Position numbers and translations under genes: made by a program
The notes under the pieces: model-generated
What the model saw: only the letters and a program-made list of their open reading frames with translations
Databases searched by the model: none
Told to the model about the DNA's origin: nothing
Part shown: positions 62,701 to 64,000 of the stretch, piece by piece
Numbering within the stretch: the stretch's first letter is position 1
Layout: the number at the start of each line of letters is the position of its first letter
Assembly: GCA_965203445.1 (NCBI GenBank)
Contig: OZ241883.1
Location: 800,001 to 864,000, forward strand
DNA length: 64,000 bases
Reading direction: 5' to 3'
Source of the DNA: Candidatus Oxydemutator sp.
GTDB lineage: Bacteria > Pseudomonadota > Gammaproteobacteria > Poriferisulfidales > Oxydemutatoraceae

Positions 62701-64000
62701 CACCTGATCGGCGCCCGCGTCCGCCACCGGCGCGTCGTTCTCGCCCGGTCGCACCGTGATCACCACCGTGTTCGTCGTCCGATCGCTCAACTGCCGTTCC
62801 ACGGGCGACGACAGACCCCGCGTGTCCGTCGCCACCAGCACGAACGTCAGGGTCTCGCTGCTCACCAACTGCGACGGCGCCACAAACGTCGTGCTGCGCG
62901 CTGCGGCGTCGTGCAACGACACCTGACTTCCGCTGACCTGACGCCAGCCATACACCAGCATCTCGTTCTCCGGATCCCTGCCTACGCCGGCAAGCATTAC
63001 CACCTCGCCCTCGTCCACCACCTGATCGGCGCCCGCGTCCGCCACCGGCGCGTCGTTCTCGCCCGAACGCACCGTGATCTCCACCGTGTTCGGCGTCCGC
63101 TCACCAAACCGCGCTTCCGCAGGCGACGACAACCCCCGCGTGTCCGTCGCCACCAGCACGAACGAAAGGGTCTCGCTACTCACCAACTGCGACGGCGCCA
63201 CAAACGTCGTGCTGCGCGCTCCGGCGTCGTGCAACGACACCTGACTTCCGCTGACCTGACGCCAGCCATACACCAACATCTCGTCCTCCGGATCCCTGCC
63301 TACGCCGGCCAGCGTCACCACCTCGCCCTCGTCCACCACCTGATCGGCGCCCGCGTCCACCGTCGGCGCGTCGTTCTCGCCGGCGCGCACCGTGATCACC
63401 ACCGTCGCGATCGTCGAACCCGCACCCCGCGTGTCCGTTACCCGCAGCGCAAACTCCAATTCCTCGTCCGACACCAACTGCATCGGCGCCGTGAAACTCG
63501 CGGTTACCGACTGCGCGTTCGTCAGCGTAACGCGCACACCCCGGGCCTGACTCCAGCCATACTCCAGCACCTCCTCCTCCGGATCGCTGCTGCCTACGCC
63601 GTCCAGTATCACCACCGCGCCCTCGGACACCACCTGCGCAAGACCCGCGTCCGCCGTCGGCGCGTCGTTCTCGCCCGCGCGCACCGTCACCACCACCGTG
63701 TTCGTCGTGATCTCTCCGCCCACGCTCTGGTTCCGTATCCGCGACCGCGTCGAAGACTCGCCGCGCTCGTCCGTCGCCACCAACAGAAACTCCAATACCT
63801 CGTCGTCCACCAACTGCGACGGCGCCACAAACGTCGTGGTCAACGACTGCGCGTCCGTCAGCGTGACCTTCCTGCCCACGGTCTGGCTCCAGCTATACCG
63901 CAACGTCTCTTTCTCCGGATCGCTGCCGCTGCCGCTCAACACCACCACCGCGCTCTCCGACACGATCTGATCCTCCCCGACCTGCACCGTCGGCGCGTCG
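38791..64000 (-). CDS. Giant adhesin-like protein (>8398 aa, 5' end outside the window): roughly 75-80 PKD/Ig-like repeats, one Calx-beta-like domain and a C-terminal dockerin-like domain
   Basis: A single uninterrupted frame. Repeat consensus NDAP.ADAG.DQ.V.EG..V.LDG..S.DPE...L.Y.W.Q..G..V.L........F.AP.......L.F.L.V.D. The C-terminus is homologous to that of 8147-16531. Confidence 0.92.
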   Translation of the reverse strand, partial: DAPTVQVGEDQIVSESAVVVLSGSGSDPEKETLRYSWSQTVGRKVTLTDAQSLTTTFVAPSQLVDDEVLEFLLVATDERGESSTRSRIRNQSVGGEITTNTVVVTVRAGENDAPTADAGLAQVVSEGAVVILDGVGSSDPEEEVLEYGWSQARGVRVTLTNAQSVTASFTAPMQLVSDEELEFALRVTDTRGAGSTIATVVITVRAGENDAPTVDAGADQVVDEGEVVTLAGVGRDPEDEMLVYGWRQVSGSQVSLHDAGARSTTFVAPSQLVSSETLSFVLVATDTRGLSSPAEARFGERTPNTVEITVRSGENDAPVADAGADQVVDEGEVVMLAGVGRDPENEMLVYGWRQVSGSQVSLHDAAARSTTFVAPSQLVSSETLTFVLVATDTRGLSSPVERQLSDRTTNTVVITVRPGENDAPVADAGADQVVDEGEVVTLDGVGSRDPENEDLTYGWRQVSGSQVSLHDAAARSTTFVAPSQLVSSETLSFVLVVSDTRGLSSPVEAQFVGMTTNLVVVTVPPGANDAPVADAGDDQVVDEGEMVTLDGDGSSDLEREELRYSWRQIGSGQVTLTGAMIGARTTATFTAPMQLAETATLVFELTVTDARDATGTDTVVITVRAGENDAPLADAGADQMVDEGDVVTLDGTGSSDPEKEMLRYIWSQTVGRKVTLTNAQSVTATFTAPEQLATTAVLVFELTVTDERDAAGTATVSVAVRPGPNDAPVADAGADQVVDEGEVVTLVGVGSDPEDEMLVYGWRQISGSQVSLHDAAARSTTFLAPVQLASSETLTFVLVATDTRGLSSPAERQLSDQTTNTVVITVRPGENDAPEADAGDDQVVDENAVVVLSGAGSDPEREMLRYRWSQTVGRKVTLTNAQSVTATFTAPEQLATTAVLVFELTVTDERGAAGTATVSVAVRAGENDAPTVQVGEDQIVSESAVVVLSGSGSDPEKETLRYSWSQTVGRKVTLTDAQSLTTTFVAPSQLVDDEVLEFLLVATDERGESSTRSRIRNQSVGGEITTNTVVVTVRAGENDAPTADAGLAQVVSEGAVVILDGVGSSDPEEEVLEYGWSQARGVRVTLTNAQSVTASFTAPMQLVSDEELEFALRVTDTRGAGSTIATVVITVRAGENDAPVADAGDDQVVDEGEMVTLDGDGSNDPEREELRYGWRQIGGGQVALTGATIGTMTTATTATFTAPMQLAETATLVFELTVTDARDATGTDVVVVEVVPGENDAPTADAGDDQVVDEGEMVTLAGVGRDPENEMLVYGWRQISGSQVSLHDAAARSTTFLAPVQLVSSETLTFVLVATDTRGLSSPRERQLSDQTTNTVVITVRPGENDAPVADAGADQVVDEGDVVTLAGAGSDPENEMLVYGWRQISGSQVSLHDAGARSTTFLAPVQLVSSETLTFVLVATDTRGLSSPAERQLSDQTTNTVVITVRAGENDAPMADAGLDQVVTEGDVVTLDGVGSSDPEDEMLVYGWRQIGGRSVTLTNALSVTTTFAAPVQLRSDETLAFVLVVTDTRGLSSPREAQSGDDTPNTVEITVRAGPNDAPVADAGPAQIVSEGAVVVLIGSARDPEGDALRYRWRQTGIGSSPFIRPYYVSLENFGEGRRTTFTAPTQLANDEDLEFTLYVSDDRSGHAAPVVVVITVQAGPNDAPVVGAGDDRLVSEGQTVTLRGSAFDPELESLRYQWSQTSGQPLVTLRDATSINASFVAPSGLAEAAVLGFALRATDARDLAATATVLITVELGANTPPVAEAGLDQVVGEGETVRLSGGARDTEGGVLAYRWEQTGGRDVGLGEPTTDNTSFTAPVQLAETATLVFRLTVTDVRNASSSDEVTVEVLPGPNDAPTADAGADQVVDEGDVVTLAGVGRDPENEMLVYGWRQISGSQVSLHDAVARSTTFLAPVQLVSSETLSFVLVVSDTRGLSSPVEAQFAGMTTNLVVITVRPGANDAPVADAGADQVVDEGDVVTLAGAGSDPEDEMLVYGWRQISGSQVSLHDAGARSTTFKAPVQLVSSETLTFVLVATDTRGLSSPVERQLSDQTTNTVVITVRPGENDAPVADAGANQVVDEGEMVTLDGVASRDPEREELRYGWRQVGGRGVTLTNAMSVTATFTAPVQLAETATLVFELTVTDARDAVGTATVSVEVVPGENDAPTVRVGEDQVVSESAVVVLSGVGSDLERETLRYRWSQTVGRKVTLTSALSSAVATFTAPSQLVEDEVLEFLLVATDERGESSTRSRIRGRSVSGVNATNTVMITVRAGANDVPTADAGIAQVVSEGAVVVLDGGASSDPEKEALAYVWSQTRGVRVTLTNAQSVTASFTAPVQLVSDEELEFALRVTDTRGAGSTTATVVVTVRAGENDAPTADAGADQVVDEGDVVTLDGVGSDPEDEVLVYGWRQISGSQVSLHDGGARSTTFKAPVQLVSSETLTFVLVATDTRGLSSPADRQLSDQTTNTVVITVRPGANDAPIADAGANQVVDEGEMVTLDGVASGDPEREELRYGWRQVGGRGVTLTNAMSVTATFTALVQLAETATLVFELTVTDARDATGTATVVVEVVPGENDAPTADAGADQVVDEGDVVTLAGAGSDPEDEMLVYGWRQISGSQVSLHDAGARSTTFVAPVQLVSSETLTFVLVATDTRGLSSPRDRQLSDQTTNTVVITVRPGANDAPVADAGDDQVVDEGAVVILDGDASNDPEKEALVYVWSQTRGVRVTLTNAMSVTASFTAPMQLVSDEELEFALRVTDTRGAVSTTATVVVTVRAGENDAPVADAGDDQVVDEGGLVTLDGDGSSDPEREDLTYGWRQIGGGRVTLTGATIGATTTTTTTVTFTAPMQLVETATLVFELTVADARGATDTDTVVVEVRAGANDAPVVDAGDNLLAGEGDVVVLRGSAYDPEDEELRYRWSQTSGAEVLGVTLSDASSRITSFVIPTGLSSATEIAFALRVTDERGAATTDDLVVYVELGVNTPPMVDAGSDQVVGEGAEVTLRGSATDTEGGRLSYRWEQIGGIDVGLGEPTTNRASFRAPVQLAETATLVFRLTATDRRNASSSAEVSVAVRPGENDAPTADAGDDQMVDEGEVVTLDGAGSSDPEREDLTYGWRQVDGSQVPLHDAGARSTTFVAPEQLVNSETLTFVLVVTDTRGLSSPVERQLSGQTTNTVVVTVRAGENDAPVADAGDDQVVDEGEMVTLDGDGSDDPEREELSYGWRQVGGGRVALTGETVGATTTATATATFTAPTQLAETATLVFELTVTDARDAVGTDTVSVAVRPGENDAPTANAGADQMVDEGAVVTLDGAGSSDPENEMLVYGWRQISGSQVSLHDAGARSTTFVAPQQLVSNETLTFVLVVSDVRGLSSPVEAQYAGQTTNTVVVTVRAGANDAPVVDAGDDLLAGEGDVVVLRGSAYDPEGEELRYRWSQTSGAEVLGVALSDASSRITSFVIPTGLSSATEIAFALRVTDERDAATTDDLVVYVELGVNTPPMVDAGSDQVVDEGAEVTLRGSATDTEGGRLLYRWEQTDGIDVGLGEPTTDRASFRAPVQLAETATLVFRLTATDRRNASSSAEVSVEVLPGENDAPTADAGADQMVDEGDVVTLDGVGSSDPEREDLTYAWRQISGSRVSLRGAGMRSATFTAPVQLVNSETLAFMLVVSDVRGLSSPAEAQFDGRTTNLAVVTVRAGENDAPVADAGADQVVDEGDVVTLDGVGSSDPEREDLTYGWRQISGSQVVLRGAGMRSATFTAPLQLASSETLAFVLVVSDTRGLSSPVERQLSGQTTNTVVVTVRPGENDAPMVDAGADQIVDEGEVVTLDGVGSSDPEDEMLVYGWRQVSGSQVVLHGAGMRIVTFTAPVQLVSSETFSFVLVVSDTRGLSSPREARFADRTTNTVVVTVRPGENDAPTADAGADQVVDEGDVVTLDGIGSSDPEREDLTYGWRQVSGSQVTLHGAGMRSATFTAPVQLASSETLAFVLVVSDTRGLSSPVEAQYDGMTGNLVAVTVRAGENDAPVADAGADQVVDEGDVVTLDGVGSSDPEREDLTYGWRQVSGSQVVLRGAGMRSATFTAPLQLVSSETLTFVLVVSDTRGLSSPVEAQFDGMTGNLVVITVRPGENDAPMAAAGLDQVVSEGDVVTLDGVGSSDPEDEMLVYGWRQIGGRSVTLTNALSVTTTFAAPVQLISSETLAFVLVVTDTRGLSSPREAQSGDDTPNTVEVTVRAGPNDAPVADAGPAQIVSEGAVVVLIGSARDPEGDALTYRWGQTGAGSNPLRSYFVNLEGFGESRRTTFTAPTQLANDEDLEFTLYVSDDRSGHAAPVVVVITVQAGPNDAPVVGAGDDRLVSEGQTVTLRGSAFDPELESLRYQWSQTSGQPLVTLRDATSINASFVAPSGLAEAAVLGFALRATDARDLAATATVLITVELGANTPPVAEAGLDQVVGEGETVRLSGGARDTEGGVLAYRWEQTGGRDVGLGEPTTDNTSFTAPVQLAETATLVFRLTVTDVRNASSSDEVTVEVLPGPNDAPTADAGADQVVDEGDVVTLAGAGSDPEDEMLVYGWRQISGSQVSLHDAGARSTTFVAPVQLVSSETLTFVLVATDTRGLSSPVGRQLSDRTTNTVVITVRPGENDAPVADAGADQVVDEGEVVTLAGAGSDPENEMLVYGWRQISGSQVSLHDAGARSTTFLAPVQLASSETLTFVLVATDTRGLSSPAERQLSDDTTNTVVITVRPGENDAPLADAGANQVVDEGEMVTLDGVASRDPEREELRYGWRQVGGRGVTLTNAMSVTTTFTAPEQLAETATLVFELTVTDARDAVGTATVVVEVVPGENDAPTVRVGEDQVVSESAVVVLSGVGSDLERETLRYRWSQTVGRRVTLTSAQSAVATFTAPSQLVEDEVLEFLLVATDERGESSTRSRIRGRSVSGVNATNTVMITVRAGANDAPTADAGVAQVVSEGAVVILDGGASSDPEKEALAYVWSQTRGVRVALTNAQSVTASFTAPSQLVSDEELEFALRVTDTRGAGSTTATVVVTVRAGENDAPTADAGADQVVDEGEVVTLDGVGSDPEDEVLVYGWRQISGSQVSLHDAGARSTTFQAPVQLVSSETLTFVLVATDTRGLSSPAERQLSDDTTNTVVITVRPGANDAPIADAGDDQVVDEGGMVTLDGVASRDPEREELRYDWRQVGGRGVTLTNAMSVTATFTAPTQLAETATLVFELTVTDARDATGTDTVSVEVVPGENDAPTADAGDDQVVDEGDVVTLAGAGSDPEDEMLVYGWRQISGSQVSLHDAGARSTTFKAPVQLVSSETLTFVLVATDTRGLSSPRDRQLSDQTTNTVVITVRPGANDAPTADAGANQVVDEGEMVALDGVASRDPEREELRYGWRQIGGDRVTLTGATIGSRTTATFMAPTQLAETATLVFELTVTDARDATGTATVVVEVVPGENDAPVADAGADQVVDEGDVVTLAGAGSDPEDEMLVYGWRQISGSQVSLYDAGARSTTFVAPVQLVSSETLTFVLVATDTRGLSSPAERQLSDRTTNTVVITVRPGANDAPVADAGDDQVVDEGAVVILDGDASNDPEKEALVYVWSQTRGVRVTLTNAMSVTASFTAPVQLVSDEELEFALRVTDTRGAVSTTATVVVTVRAGENDAPVADAGDDQVVDEGGLVTLDGDGSSDPEREDLTYGWRQIGGGRVTLTGATIGAVTTTTFTAPEQLVETATLVFELTVADARGATDTDTVVVEVRAGANDAPVVDAGDNLLAGEGDVVVLRGSAYDPEDEELRYRWSQTSGAEVLGVALSDASSRITSFVIPTGLSSATEIAFALRVTDERGAATTDDLVVYVELGVNTPPVVDAGSDQVVDEGAEVTLRGSATDTEGGRLSYRWEQIGGIDVGLGEPTTNRASFRAPVQLAETATLVFRLTATDRRNASSSAEVSVAVRPGENDAPTADAGDDQMVDEGEVVTLDGAGSSDPEREDLTYGWRQVDGSQVSLHDAGARSTTFVAPEQLVNSETLTFVLVVTDTRGLSSPRERQLSGQTTNTVVITVRAGENDAPLADAGDDQVVGEGEMVTLDGDGSDDPEREELSYGWRQVGGGRVALTGATIGAMTTATATATFTAPVQLAETATLVFELTVTDERDAVGTATVSVAVRPGENDAPTANAGADQMVDEGAVVTLDGAGSSDPENEMLVYGWRQVSGSQVSLHDAGARSTTFVAPEQLVSDETLTFVLVVSDVRGLSSPVEAQYAGQTTNTVVVTVRAGANDAPVVDAGDDLLAGEGDVVVLRGSAYDPEGEELRYRWSQTSGAEVLGVALSDASSRITSFVIPTGLSSATEIAFALRVTDERDAATTDDLVVYVELGVNTPPMVDAGSDQVVDEGAEVTLRGSATDTDGGRLSYRWEQTGGIDVGLGEPTTDRASFRAPVQLAETATLVFRLTATDRRNASSSAEVSVEVLPGENDAPTADAGADQVVDEGDVVTLDGVGSSDPEREDLTYGWRQISGSRVTLRGAGMRSATFTAPVQLVSSETLAFVLVVSDVRGLSSPAEAQFDGRTTNLAVVTVRAGENDAPVADAGADQVVDEGDVVTLDGVGSSDPEREDLTYGWRQISGSQVVLHGAGMRSATFTAPLQLASSETLAFVLVVSDTRGLSSPVERQLSGQTTNTVVVTVRPGENDAPVADAGADQVVDEGEVVTLDGVGSSDPEREDLTYGWRQVSGSQVTLRGAGMRSATFTAPVQLVSSETLAFVLVVSDTRGLSSPVEAQYADRTSNLVVVTVRPGENDAPTADAGADQVVDEGDVVTLDGVGSSDPEREDLTYGWRQVSGSQVTLRGAGMRSATFTAPVQLASSETLAFVLVVSDTRGLSSPVEAQYDGMTGNLVAVTVRPGENDAPTADAGADQVVDEGDVVTLDGVGSSDPEREDLTYGWRQVSGSQVVLRGAGMRSATFTAPVQLASSETLTFVLVVSDTRGLSSPVEAQYADRTTNTVVVTVRPGENDAPMADAGADQVVDEGDVVTLDGTGSSDPEREMLRYGWRQIGGRSVTLTNALSVTTTFAAPVQLRSDETLAFVLVVSDVRGLSSPREAQSGDDTTNTVEITVRAGPNDAPEVDAGLDQVVSEGAVVVLIGSARDPEGDALRYFWSQTGAGSNPLRSYFVNLEGFGESRRTTFTAPTQLVNDEDLEFTLYVNDDRGGNAAPVVVVITVQAGVNDAPTANAGADQIVSEGDVVALDGVGSRDPEGESLVYGWRQVSGSTVTLHGAGARRTTFAAPVQLVSSETLTFVLVVSDTRGLASPREAQYAGMTTNTVVVTVRPGENDAPTADAGADQVVDEGDVVTLAGDGSDPENEMLVYGWRQISGSQVSLRDAGARSTTFLAPVQLASSETLTFVLVATDTRGLSSPVERQLSDRTTNTVVITVRPGANDAPVVDAGDDLLAGEGDVVVLRGSAYDPEGEELRYRWSQTSGAEVLGVTLSDASSRTVSFVVPTGLSAATEIAFALRVTDERGAATTDDLVVYVELGVNTPPMVDAGSDQVVAEGAEVTLRGSATDTDGGRLSYRWEQIGGIDVGLGEPTSSVATFTAPVQLAETATLVFRLTATDRRNASSSAEVSVEVLPGENDAPTADAGADQVVDEGDVVTLDGVGSSDPEREDLTYGWRQVSGSQVTLRGAGMRSATFTAPLQLASSETLSFVLVVSDTRGLSSPREARFADRTTNTVVVTVRPGENDAPTADAGADQVVDEGDVVTLDGVGSSDPEREDLTYGWRQISGSQVTLRGAGMRSATFTAPLQLASSETLAFVLVVSDVRGLSSPVEAQFDGMTRNLVVITVRPGENDAPTADAGADQVVDEGDVVTLDGVGSSDPEREVLTYGWRQVSGSMVTLHGAGMRSATFTAPVQLASSETLTFVLVVSDTRGLSSPVERQLSGQTTNTVVVTVRPGANDAPTADAGDDQVVDKGVLVFLDGSRSSDPEDEDLTYSWSQTSGPGVTLSDASAVAPTFTTPLQLPGNVDADLVFSLRVQDARGEYSDTDTVVVAVRYAHVFVNPTRLELSEGATATYRMVLTEAPQGDVTITVRSDNEDVSVSASTLTFTTSNWRTSQSVTVSVAGDATVDDEVVTLSHEVSGYYSIVSADSVTLIVRDEDVVGATIRVGAYLQGAYGIGRPMKTTYRSYLPASQPYRSSPWSAAAASVPSTVSAPIVDWVLVELRATAGGAGASAATTSTSLGKQAALLLSNGDVVGVDRVIRGGDVRFGVVIDDRAPDLYVLIHHRNHLSVMSAAALARCADDAAAYCADFRTEQAYLDRQRALPNGEFVMYAGDVNRDGRINAADEAFIRVHNLTAIGGVHYAVPDAAGSYVIDADVDFDGDVLSADQFRIIQNGALSIPDCALCFPAP
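39870..64000 (-). repeat. Nested tandem repeats: ~290-330 bp units and multi-kb segmental duplications
   Basis: 321-bp periodicity (shadow ORFs at 42671/42992/43313/43634). Near-identical blocks at offsets 8034 (50444 vs 58478), 8637 (44627 vs 53264; 46166 vs 54803) and 2781 (60917 vs 63698). Confidence 0.92.

Noticed and set aside
39870-64000. CRISPR-like periodic repeats
   Set aside because: Units are ~300-bp in-frame coding domains without unique spacers, and no cas genes are present.

Overview
GC-rich bacterial DNA, gammaproteobacterial by the coaBC-dut-algC-argB...pyrE gene order. About 41 of the 64 kb encode three giant repeat surface proteins, all on the minus strand. (1) A GLUG-like/Calx-beta-like tandem-module protein at <1-7203, which carries a frameshift. 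(2) A 2794-aa Calx-beta-like protein at 8147-16531. (3) A >8398-aa PKD/Ig-like protein at 38791->64000. Proteins 2 and 3 share a ~250-aa dockerin-like C-terminal domain. Between them lie housekeeping genes (pyrE, argB, algC, dut, coaBC, moaC, moaD, degQ, Hsp20, asparaginase-like, ferredoxin, GlcF-like, coq7, tRNA-Thr, tRNA-Arg, murJ, dprA) and a hicAB cassette with a nonsense-mutated toxin. A lower-GC defence/mobile island (~30.7-37.6 kb) holds an MT-A70 MTase, an SPPY MTase, an HNH nuclease, an alphaCTD-sigma4 protein, an EcoRV-like relic, an AAA/DUF4143 ATPase and IS1202-like ends. The most unusual object is a 1.25-kb tnpB-only element (25303-26554). It has 25-bp terminal inverted repeats resembling IS1595/ISNwi1 ends and a target-site duplication, features canonical TnpB elements (IS200/IS605, IS607) lack. 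It inserted exactly into the ATGA stop/start overlap of two host genes without breaking either. All calls come from manual reading; no database searches were run.
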